Made by a program: the position numbers and the translations under genes. From a virus (taxonomy: Duplodnaviria > Caudoviricetes), in IMG/VR virus record IMGVR_UViG_3300027362_000020, positions 1-33,652 of that record: a stretch of DNA of 33,652 nt. The stretch is one strand, 5' to 3'. Under the pieces are notes generated by a model. That model did no database searches. It was given only the letters and a program-made list of their open reading frames with translations, and was not told the origin of the DNA. Positions 25,049 through 33,652 of the stretch are shown here, one piece after another (the first letter of the stretch is position 1; every line of letters begins with the position of its first letter).

Positions 25049-27117
25049 TGGCGGTTACCGGAGAGCGTCTAATTTACGATATAACAGTGAACAGCAAAGG
25101 CGCGAGTCAGGAGCTTAAAGATTTTGATAAATCCGTCCAGCAATTAAATAAGTCCACCCAAAATATATCTAAAACATTCGACGTATTCAAAGGAGTTTTA
25201 GCAGGCTACCTCAGTTTCCAAGGCGCGAAAGCATTTTTAGCCCTTGCGGAAGGCATGCAGGAGGCACAAACAAGATTAGTTATTTTAACCGGATCCATGG
25301 AAACAGCTTTAGCGGTTCAAGAAGAACTTTTCCAAATAGCTCAAAAACAAAACGTAGCTTTAAAAGATTTATCAAAAGCATATATAAAAATAAGTCCTGC
25401 ACTCCAAGAACAAGGAAAGAGCCAGGCGGAGATATTAAAATTTACCGATGCTTTAATTTCCTCTTATAAACTAATCGGTCAAAGCACAGACGAGGCGGCA
25501 CAATCAGTTTCTAATCTTGCCGATGCCTATGCCTCTGGGAAAATAGATTCCGGACAACTTAATCAAGTCCTTCTAACCAACAGGGAATTATTAAAAGCGG
25601 TATCTAAAGAATTAGGTGTAACGGAAAAGGAACTCCGTAAACTTGCCAGGGCAGGAAAAGTATCTGGTGAAGATTTGTTCAGCGCCGTAACAAAAGCTGC
25701 TGACGAATGGGAGAAAAAAGCATCCCAGCTTCCAGTCGGAATATCCGAGGCGCTAACTAATTTAGGAAACTCCCTCGCTAAACTTGCCACAAATTTCGCC
25801 CCCGTTATTGACGTGATAGCCAAAGGACTTCTCTTTATCGCTGATAATTTCGAGGCTGCGGCAGTAGGGGTTGGAGTATTCACCGCCGCCTTATTAATCG
25901 CCACAGGCGCCGTTACGGGGCTTAATATCGCCCTTTTAGCTAACCCCGTAACCTTAGCAGCGGGGGCTTTAGCAGCAGCGGCAATTCTTATTTATAAGAA
26001 TTGGGACGGGATTAAAATATTTTTCCTTGAATTATGGGAGGTGACGCTTCCTAATGCGGTGGATGAGTTTACAATATTTTGGATTAAATTTGTAAATGTC
26101 ATAACCAATTTCTTCAAAGAAGGAATGAATGCCATCATAGAAGTTTATAATAATACTATTGGAAAGATCAGCGGGAAAAAGATAGAGCCCTTCCAGTTAG
26201 AATTTAATCTCGATGAGATAAAAGAAATCAATCAGGCGATAGAAGATAGAACTCTTGCCTTTGATAAATATGTTTTGTCCTTAGATAAGGTGGTAGTTAA
26301 AACCGATGAGTTAAATAAAAAAGGACAGGTAAAAATCTTTGGTCCAGATTTAACCGAAGCTGATTGGGCATGGGTAGATGAGATTTGGAATGTCGGCGAT
26401 GCGATGGATGCCCTCGCTGAAAGGACAGAGAATCTAAAAGAACAACTAAGAGGATTGCAAGAGAACGATCCATTCGGAGGTTTCCAAATTGGTATCCAGC
26501 AAGCGATAGCGGAAGTTCCGACCCTAACGGAATCCTTTGCCAAATTAGGGCAGGATTTATTTAAAGACCTAACCAAATCTCTTTCTGATTTCGTTAAGAC
26601 CGGAAAGCTAGAAATGAAAGATTTATTTAATTCCATTATTGATGGGCTTATTCAAATCGGTATTCAAAAAGCATTGGTAGCAGCTATAGGAAATGTATCT
26701 TCAGAAGGTGGAGGCGGTTTGCTAGGACTTCTATTTGCTAAAGGCGGCGTATTTAAAAACAGTGAGGTCACCCCTTTTGCTAAAGGCGGAGTGGTGGATA
26801 AGCCAACAATATTTCCTTTCGCTGGTGGAGTTGGCTTAATGTCGGAACGTGGGGCGGAGGCAATCATGCCCCTTCACAGAGATTCAAGCGGATCACTCGG
26901 AGTAAAATCCGCCGGTCAAGTTGGTTCATCAACTCAAGTAAATGTTTATAATCAGACAAATGATTCTGATGTGGAAACTAAAGAGTCAACCGATCCAAAC
27001 GGCATGAAAAAAATTGACGTTTATATAAAGACTAAAATTAAATCCGTTTTCGCCTCAGGGGAAATGGATCGAACCATGAGCACCAGTTTTGGTCTATCAA
27101 GATCAGGGAGTAGATAA
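25048..27117 (+). CDS. Tape measure protein
   Basis: Ala/Leu-rich helical protein with a tape_meas-like N-terminal domain, IYKNWD, and C-terminal FAKGG...E.GAEAIMPL. Confidence 0.93.
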   Translation: MAVTGERLIYDITVNSKGASQELKDFDKSVQQLNKSTQNISKTFDVFKGVLAGYLSFQGAKAFLALAEGMQEAQTRLVILTGSMETALAVQEELFQIAQKQNVALKDLSKAYIKISPALQEQGKSQAEILKFTDALISSYKLIGQSTDEAAQSVSNLADAYASGKIDSGQLNQVLLTNRELLKAVSKELGVTEKELRKLARAGKVSGEDLFSAVTKAADEWEKKASQLPVGISEALTNLGNSLAKLATNFAPVIDVIAKGLLFIADNFEAAAVGVGVFTAALLIATGAVTGLNIALLANPVTLAAGALAAAAILIYKNWDGIKIFFLELWEVTLPNAVDEFTIFWIKFVNVITNFFKEGMNAIIEVYNNTIGKISGKKIEPFQLEFNLDEIKEINQAIEDRTLAFDKYVLSLDKVVVKTDELNKKGQVKIFGPDLTEADWAWVDEIWNVGDAMDALAERTENLKEQLRGLQENDPFGGFQIGIQQAIAEVPTLTESFAKLGQDLFKDLTKSLSDFVKTGKLEMKDLFNSIIDGLIQIGIQKALVAAIGNVSSEGGGGLLGLLFAKGGVFKNSEVTPFAKGGVVDKPTIFPFAGGVGLMSERGAEAIMPLHRDSSGSLGVKSAGQVGSSTQVNVYNQTNDSDVETKESTDPNGMKKIDVYIKTKIKSVFASGEMDRTMSTSFGLSRSGSR

Positions 27118-27467
27118 TGCCTCCAGAAACGTGGCCGATTTCGTTACAGACGCTTTTAGACGACAGCTATGGGGAAACCCAAAAGCCTAGAACCTTGACG
27201 ACCGACGTGGCAATTGGTCCAACAAAAAAGCGTTTGCAATATACCAAAGAAATGCCAGTCCTTGATTGCTCCATAATTGTTACGATGGCGGGATATCAAA
27301 CCTTTAAACAATTTTATAATGTAACTTTATCGGGCGGGGTAAAAACTTTCACTTATAATCATCCCGTTTCCCAACTACCTTTGACTTATAGATTCTCCGA
27401 AGAGCCCCAGCTATCTGCTATCGGTCCCTTACATTTTAGAATTAATATGCAATGGGAGCAATTGTAA
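27117..27467 (+). CDS. Distal tail protein (lambda gpM-like)
   Basis: WP..L, GP.K.R, F..FY...L.GG...F...HP. Confidence 0.75.
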   Translation: MPPETWPISLQTLLDDSYGETQKPRTLTTDVAIGPTKKRLQYTKEMPVLDCSIIVTMAGYQTFKQFYNVTLSGGVKTFTYNHPVSQLPLTYRFSEEPQLSAIGPLHFRINMQWEQL

Positions 27468-27941
27468 ATGCCAAGGACGCTTACTCAACCAACCCTTACC
27501 CAATTATTTCTACAGGAAAGCTCCGATCCTTTTTTAATGCTCCTAACAATCGCCCACCCAAACTATACAACCGTTCGATTGGTAAATAATAATGAGGATA
27601 TAATATCCAGGACTTTAACTTTTACCGCTTTAGCAATGAAAATAATTTTACCGACCGATGATGGGGAATCAATACCTAAGATGCAAATAGTTTTAGATAA
27701 TGTCCCCTTAGAATTAATGGATGAATTCCGATCAACAACCACTCCGGCAAATGTTACGATCGAGGCGATACTTGCTTCTCGTCCCGATGTGGTAGAAATA
27801 TCTATAACCGATTTGATTCTGACTAATATCTCTTATGACAATCGAAAGATAACCGCTACACTTGGATTAAATGATTTCTTTAATCAGCGGATCCCCGGTG
27901 AAATTTATTCACCCCAACTTTACCCTGGTATGTTTACCTGA
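27468..27941 (+). CDS. Tail tip protein (DUF1833, gpL-like)
   Basis: LLTIAHP...RLVNN..DI, C-terminal Y.P..YPGMF. Confidence 0.8.
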   Translation: MPRTLTQPTLTQLFLQESSDPFLMLLTIAHPNYTTVRLVNNNEDIISRTLTFTALAMKIILPTDDGESIPKMQIVLDNVPLELMDEFRSTTTPANVTIEAILASRPDVVEISITDLILTNISYDNRKITATLGLNDFFNQRIPGEIYSPQLYPGMFT

Positions 27942-28321
27942 TGGAAAAACTAATTGGGATCCCATTCACTCCTTTAGGCAGGAGCTACCAAGGAGCAGAT
28001 TGCGCAGGATTGGTGATCCTTTTCTACCGGGACATTTTAAAAATAAGCCACGAACAATATTTAATTTATACTGATGTTTTAGCGGATAATGAATCTAAAA
28101 TATTCTACGCCTTAGATAATGCCAAATTTAAAAGAGTGGATTCCCCCAAGCTTCCAGGAGATTTGTTAGTTATCAGAACCTATGGGCTGCCTGCCCATTT
28201 GGGGATTTGTTACAATGATAGATATTTCCTGCACACCCTGGATAGGATAGGATCACATTTAGCTGAATATGATAATCCTGCTTGGACGAGGCGAATAGAG
28301 TCAAGGTGGAGAATGGTGTGA
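27941..28321 (+). CDS. NlpC/P60 tail assembly protein (gpK-like)
   Basis: IGIPF...GR...GADCAGLV...PGDL...HLGI...FLH. Confidence 0.88.
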   Translation: MEKLIGIPFTPLGRSYQGADCAGLVILFYRDILKISHEQYLIYTDVLADNESKIFYALDNAKFKRVDSPKLPGDLLVIRTYGLPAHLGICYNDRYFLHTLDRIGSHLAEYDNPAWTRRIESRWRMV

Positions 28322-31300
28322 CCGAGATAATTAAGGCCAACAAAATTAATCTTAGCTATCGTCCACACTTTTTGGATTCCACTACCATTTATAAATACTA
28401 CAACCGCGACGTTACTGTTGAAGAAATAATAGTTTCATTAAATATCCACCATGAACTTTTGCCTCAAGTCCTAGTCCAAATAGGCGGGGTAAAGATCCCA
28501 AGACCGAATTGGCATTTGGTAAGACCGCTTCCTGGTGCAATGGTCTTTATCTCATTAGTACCAATGGGCGGCGGTGGAGGCGGCAATAAAAGTTTAATCC
28601 AGGGGATTATTGGAGTTGCCTTAATAGCTGTGGGGGTAATCGGATTCGGGTTATCCGCAGGACTTACCTCTTCTTTGATATTAACAGGTGCGGGCATGGT
28701 GCTATCTGCAGGTGCTTCAATGTTATTTCCCCCACCAAAACCAGCGCTGTCTCAATCAAGATATAACTCCCAAGAATCTTCCCAGACTTATTTATTAGGC
28801 TCATCCTCAAATGCTTTTAAGCCTTTCGGTCCAGTGCTAAAATTATACGGCACCCATAAAATGTTTCCCACTATAGCCGCCAAACCTTATACCCAGTGGA
28901 ATGCCAACAATAACGATTTTTACACAGTCTTTGATCTGGGGATCGGAAAGGTGGATAGAGATACCCTTCAAATCTATATCGGATCAACTCCGCTATCAAA
29001 TTATTCAGATATTAATTATAATATTATTTATCATCCGGCGGAAAAATTTCAGATTTATTTAAACGATTATGAAACCGAATCTTTCCAAGTCTTAATCCCC
29101 ACAGGTGGGGAAGTAATAAGAAACACCAAGGCGGATACGGAGGAATTCCAAGTCGATATCGCTTTCCCGCAGGGTCTATATTCCCTTGATTCCAATGGAA
29201 ATATTTTATCTGAATCAGTGGAAATATCGATTGAATATCAAGATGCGGCGCTGGTCTGGCATACTTATTCGGACGCTCCCAGATATGACCTAGGGACATC
29301 TGGGGATTCCACCTCGATCAATAGGCCCATTACCCTTTATAACAATAAGGCATACACCTTCAGTTATTATAATACTGTTTGGGGAGTATCCACTTACCCA
29401 ATCACCACAACTTATTATTATATTGCCAAAGGAACCACCTCAATACGTGCCAATGTCATGCCCCCAAATGGTTCAACGGTAAATATTAATGGGGCGAAAT
29501 ATAAGGTTCTTTCAAATAATGGAACTTCCATCACGATAGATAAGCCCATTCCGACAGAGATTTTTTTATATACATCCACTTCTTTATCTACAAGCTATAA
29601 TGTTCCAGGGGTTTTAAAGCTCACCGCCAATAAACAAAATCCAACTTATTTCACTTTAATTGTCGGAGGGCTGCCCCCTGCGATTTACCCAATAAGAATT
29701 AAAAAGATAACCACATCAGGGGCAGGATCCCTTAAGCATATAAATGAAATGTATCTCGCCCAAATTAAATCGGTTAAATATAAAGCACCGATTGTAACCA
29801 CGATCCCTCATACCTTTTTGGAAATGAAAATTAAAGCGAATGAGCAGCTATCGGGAACATTAGACAATGTTTCTATTATCGGAAGCTCTGTTTTAGATAC
29901 TTGGGATGTAACGGCGGGTGCTTGGGTGGAAAAACCTACCAATAATCCCGCCTGGATATTTGTGGATATTTTAACCGGACCTGTTAATGGAAACCCGGTA
30001 TTAAAAGACAGGCTTCATTTGCCGTCTATTATCGAGTGGGCAAACTATTGCGATACTTTGAGGACTTTCAATTTCACGATGGAAGGGCAGACAGCGCCCG
30101 TTACTGAAAAAAATTCCGTCTGCTCATTCGTTTTAGATTTCGATACCACCGTCATGCAACTCCTAACCCAAGTATGCTCCGCTGGTCGGGCAACCTTTTC
30201 TGTTATCGGTGGAAAATATGGGGTGATAATCGACCAACAAAAAACCATCCCGGTGCAAGTCCTGACCGAGAGAAACTATAATAACTTTTCCAGTTCTCGA
30301 AGCTATATAAAAATGCCCCATGCCCTCAAAGTTAAATTTGTGGATCCTGAATCGGATTGGAATATTTCTGAGCAGCTGGTTTATAATACCGAGGATGGGT
30401 ACAACGCTGGAAATTCTACTATTTTTGAGTCTATCGATACTTTCGGTTGCAATACTCCTTCTTTCGCTTGGAGGCTAGGACGTTACTGGCTCGCTCAGAC
30501 CAGACTCAGACAAGAGAAAATAAATATTGAAATGGACTTTGAAAACCTGGTTATGCTTAAAGGCGACCTAGTGGATTTCCAATCACAAATAATGAAGGTG
30601 GGCGGATATCCGGTTCGGATAATAAGAATCACCGGAGCAACTATTTATTTTGATACCCCCATCGATAGCCCTGGCGGCACTCCTGGATTTGAAGTTAGAA
30701 CTAGAGCAGGTACAATTATATCAGGACAACTAACAAGCGTTGCTCCCAATGGACTTTCAGTCACAGTCCCCAATAGTTCTGGAATGAACGTTGGGGATTT
30801 ATTTGTTTTTGGGATATTCACCAGAACTTCGATTAAATGTTTGGTGGAAAATATTGTTCCATCAGATGATATGAAGGCTTCTGTTACTTTGGTGGAATAC
30901 GCTCCGGCGATATTCAATGCAGACATTGGACCGATACCGCCTTACGATCCACAGATAAATCCGCCGGGAGCTTTAGAGAGTACGCCTCCTAAAATCGACA
31001 ACGCCATTTTACAAGAAGAAATAATTTATCGAAACACCCAAGCTATCTCCAAAATAAATATTAATATTTTTGTTCCACCGGGAACGGTTTGGAATGCTAC
31101 CGCTATTTATTGGCTGAATGAACTTCTCGAATGGGAATTAGTACAAACTATTGCAGGCTCCGCCCTTGAATTCTTCCTTGAAGAACCAGCTTCGGAAAAC
31201 TTTAAAAACATTGTTAAGGACTTGGAATTTTCTTATAGATTTTCCCTGATAGGAAACAATGGAAACCATTTGCCAGTCGAGAGTTTGGATACATATTCGA

Positions 31301-32406
31301 TTATATTGAAGGGTGATTTAGTTTTACCTCTGCCGCCCGCTAAATTATCCATGAACACCCAAGTAGATACCCTCCTTATAACTTGGGATCCGCCATTGGG
31401 AGTGCCAGATTTAGGAGCATTCCTAGTTAAATATTCCCCGACATTTGATACCAATATTTCTTTCAATGAATTTTCTTTTTTCATAGATAAAGTCCCTGCC
31501 CTTGCTACATCCGTTAAAGTATCATTTCGTCCAGGGCAATACGCAGTTAGATCGATGGACACTTCAGGAAATGTTTCAGCGGAGTCGATTCGGGCAATTG
31601 CATCTTCTCCGGATGTAATCTTAACCAAAAATATTTCCAGTTATTCGCCTGAATCTTTAGGATGGCCTGATACAAAAAAGGACGTTGTTGTAATTTCAAA
31701 TGAGATTCAATTACTTCAAACTGCCCCGAATGCTACGGTAAATATCGGCTACTACTATTTCAATAATCTTTTAGATTTAGGAGAAATCTATACTGCCAGA
31801 GTGAGTTCTTTCCTTCAAGGGTATGGTTTAGAACTTGGCGTCTATTTAACCCATGCATCCTGGGATCCAATGTCTAATCGTGCGGCGATGAATGATGTGG
31901 CGGAAGATGAGGCAAAATATTATTTAGAGGTTCGCCTTACCAATCAAACATTTTTTATTTCTTTCTGGGCGGATATGGCATCAATAAATCCAATTGCACA
32001 GGGAGCAGTTCAATGGTCGCCTTGGCAAAAGATATTTGTTGGGGACGTCACCACTCGCCTAATTGAGTTTAGAATTGTCCTTGAGAGAAATAGTACAAGA
32101 TTAAATATTACGCCAGTTGTTAAATCAGGAAAAGTTGATGTGGAAATTCCTTTTACCCAAAGAACTTTCACCGATGAAATTGTTCCGGGAACTAGAAATT
32201 TTGTGTTCAACCCGCAATTTTGGGAAGTCCCTTCTTTATCGATTATCGCCCAGGACTTACAAACTGGAGATTATTATACCGTTACCAATAAAGATGGGAT
32301 CGGATTTGATCTTAACTTTTTTGATTTGAATGGAATTCCGGTTACTAGAACCGCGGATATTCAAGCACTCGGAACGGGCAGGAGATATATACAAGTTCTA
32401 GGTTAA
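28318..32406 (+). CDS. Central tail tip / host specificity protein J with a fused gpI-like N-terminus
   Basis: GTG 28318 overlaps the upstream TGA, with a GGAG RBS. Ubiquitin-like region plus GGGG and a hydrophobic segment, then TNNPAWIF.D.L and FN3-like segments. Confidence 0.88.
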   Translation: MTEIIKANKINLSYRPHFLDSTTIYKYYNRDVTVEEIIVSLNIHHELLPQVLVQIGGVKIPRPNWHLVRPLPGAMVFISLVPMGGGGGGNKSLIQGIIGVALIAVGVIGFGLSAGLTSSLILTGAGMVLSAGASMLFPPPKPALSQSRYNSQESSQTYLLGSSSNAFKPFGPVLKLYGTHKMFPTIAAKPYTQWNANNNDFYTVFDLGIGKVDRDTLQIYIGSTPLSNYSDINYNIIYHPAEKFQIYLNDYETESFQVLIPTGGEVIRNTKADTEEFQVDIAFPQGLYSLDSNGNILSESVEISIEYQDAALVWHTYSDAPRYDLGTSGDSTSINRPITLYNNKAYTFSYYNTVWGVSTYPITTTYYYIAKGTTSIRANVMPPNGSTVNINGAKYKVLSNNGTSITIDKPIPTEIFLYTSTSLSTSYNVPGVLKLTANKQNPTYFTLIVGGLPPAIYPIRIKKITTSGAGSLKHINEMYLAQIKSVKYKAPIVTTIPHTFLEMKIKANEQLSGTLDNVSIIGSSVLDTWDVTAGAWVEKPTNNPAWIFVDILTGPVNGNPVLKDRLHLPSIIEWANYCDTLRTFNFTMEGQTAPVTEKNSVCSFVLDFDTTVMQLLTQVCSAGRATFSVIGGKYGVIIDQQKTIPVQVLTERNYNNFSSSRSYIKMPHALKVKFVDPESDWNISEQLVYNTEDGYNAGNSTIFESIDTFGCNTPSFAWRLGRYWLAQTRLRQEKINIEMDFENLVMLKGDLVDFQSQIMKVGGYPVRIIRITGATIYFDTPIDSPGGTPGFEVRTRAGTIISGQLTSVAPNGLSVTVPNSSGMNVGDLFVFGIFTRTSIKCLVENIVPSDDMKASVTLVEYAPAIFNADIGPIPPYDPQINPPGALESTPPKIDNAILQEEIIYRNTQAISKININIFVPPGTVWNATAIYWLNELLEWELVQTIAGSALEFFLEEPASENFKNIVKDLEFSYRFSLIGNNGNHLPVESLDTYSIILKGDLVLPLPPAKLSMNTQVDTLLITWDPPLGVPDLGAFLVKYSPTFDTNISFNEFSFFIDKVPALATSVKVSFRPGQYAVRSMDTSGNVSAESIRAIASSPDVILTKNISSYSPESLGWPDTKKDVVVISNEIQLLQTAPNATVNIGYYYFNNLLDLGEIYTARVSSFLQGYGLELGVYLTHASWDPMSNRAAMNDVAEDEAKYYLEVRLTNQTFFISFWADMASINPIAQGAVQWSPWQKIFVGDVTTRLIEFRIVLERNSTRLNITPVVKSGKVDVEIPFTQRTFTDEIVPGTRNFVFNPQFWEVPSLSIIAQDLQTGDYYTVTNKDGIGFDLNFFDLNGIPVTRTADIQALGTGRRYIQVLG

Positions 32407-32433
32407 TGAATATTATAAATTAAGGAAAATATT

Positions 32434-33652
32434 ATGAGTCAATTGCCAATAAGCCATTATCCGATCAATCCGAACACTACGTCAGGAACTTTTTTGGCAA
32501 CTATCTTAAATGATACCGAGCAGGCACTTTTATCCGCTCAAAGCGGATCCACAGCACCGCCAGTTGCTCTTGCCGGAACATTATGGTTAGACACCTCCAA
32601 TGGTACCTCATACGTTTTAAAATTTTATACTGGTGTTGTATGGATGGTTTTAAATACCTTCGACCCTTCAACAGGTGTCGGATCGGTTTCTGGTCAAGCG
32701 GTATCGAGCGTTAATACCAGGATCGGCGCGGTGAAAATTAAAGAATTATATGATTCAACGGAAACCGTAATTTTAGCGACCGGAACTACAGACGGAATCG
32801 ATATGGTCGTAAATATTGAAGCCGATCCCAATGCCAATCTACTTCCCACGATGGGCAGGATCGCCTACGATTCCACCAAAAACCAATTCGTAGGCAGGGA
32901 TAACACCTCCTGGAAGCCCCTTGGAGGCGGTAGTTATACCCAATATCCTTTAGAGGTAATCCCCGATTTAGGATCAATATCGAATTCTAATATTGCCGGA
33001 TTACAATTTCGCCCATTATCTTCGGCTTCTGATATAACCATCGGCGCGGTTCCGTTTTCTATTCCGGCACCTCTTTGGCAAGGTGGCGTTGTTATCGCCG
33101 TTAAAAATAGTGGAACTTTCAAAATTACCTTTGTTGATTCAAATGCCACCGCATCCGGTTTAGTAACCATTGATCCGATAGAATTAGAACCAAATAAAAC
33201 CGCGCAGTTTATTTTCGATAATGTAACCAATAGATGGTATCCCTCAGGCGGTGCCGGAGGTGGAGCAGGAAAATTCATAAGCTATCCTGTTCAAACCGTT
33301 ATCGCTGCCGGAACAATAACTGCCCTTCCAGATAAGTTTTTCCAATGGCGACCGATTAATTCTGGCGCAAATGTAACTTTATCTACCACTCCGTTCGGGG
33401 ATGCCACCTTATTCGGCGACGCTTTGGTTTTAAATATTTTAAACAATGGTGCCAACAATATAGTTTTTCCCGACGGAGTCGCTACTCAATTCGGTCTATA
33501 CAATAACGGAGTTCCTTTCACCTTATCCCCTGGGACTTTAGCTTCCTTTCAATATGATAAAGTCGGGGAGCGTTTTTATCTCGTAGGATCATCTGCTTCC
33601 TCAAGTGGAGGCGGAGGTGGTGGAGGGGTTGCCAATGACCAAACCGCCGTTG
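32434..33652 (+). CDS. Tail fibre protein, 3' truncated by the window (not in the ORF track)
   Basis: Open frame from ATG 32434 to the window end: MSQLPISHYPINPNTTSGTFLA...SGSTAPP...GTLWLDTS...AVSSVNTRIGAV. Confidence 0.8.
   Translation, partial: MSQLPISHYPINPNTTSGTFLATILNDTEQALLSAQSGSTAPPVALAGTLWLDTSNGTSYVLKFYTGVVWMVLNTFDPSTGVGSVSGQAVSSVNTRIGAVKIKELYDSTETVILATGTTDGIDMVVNIEADPNANLLPTMGRIAYDSTKNQFVGRDNTSWKPLGGGSYTQYPLEVIPDLGSISNSNIAGLQFRPLSSASDITIGAVPFSIPAPLWQGGVVIAVKNSGTFKITFVDSNATASGLVTIDPIELEPNKTAQFIFDNVTNRWYPSGGAGGGAGKFISYPVQTVIAAGTITALPDKFFQWRPINSGANVTLSTTPFGDATLFGDALVLNILNNGANNIVFPDGVATQFGLYNNGVPFTLSPGTLASFQYDKVGERFYLVGSSASSSGGGGGGGVANDQTAV

Noticed and set aside
1235-33278. Numerous minus-strand ORFs and short alternate-frame ORFs inside long genes (e.g. 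8802-9191, 25563-25904, 31233-31628, 32934-33278)
   Set aside because: Shadows of well-supported + strand genes, with no recognisable motifs

Overview
Late-gene region of a tailed dsDNA phage or prophage (siphovirus: HK97-type head, lambda-like non-contractile tail), almost entirely on the + strand. Gene order: HNH, ParB-MTase, terminase, accessory island, portal, ClpP-type protease, major capsid, large fibre genes, outer-membrane barrel and lysis genes, head-tail joining, tail tube, chaperones with a -1 frameshift, tape measure, tail tip, and a partial tail fibre. The standout is the 2 kb island between terL and portal. It carries a BrnT/BrnA toxin-antitoxin pair, an HNH nuclease and a stand-alone RAMP/Cas7-like gene (5244-5819). 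That gene is followed directly by a non-coding array of four tracts of 14-17 phased GGY-NN pentamers, separated by conserved AT-rich linkers and closed by a terminator (5824-6269). When the variable NN dinucleotides are reverse-complemented and read as codons lacking the third base, they give protein-like sequence. Tract 4 decodes to a diverged homologue of this phage's own portal segment. This points to a gapped-code RNA-guided system aimed at related phages. It matches my recollection of the recently reported VIPR-type systems, which I cannot verify here. All product calls come from motif recognition by eye; no database search was run.
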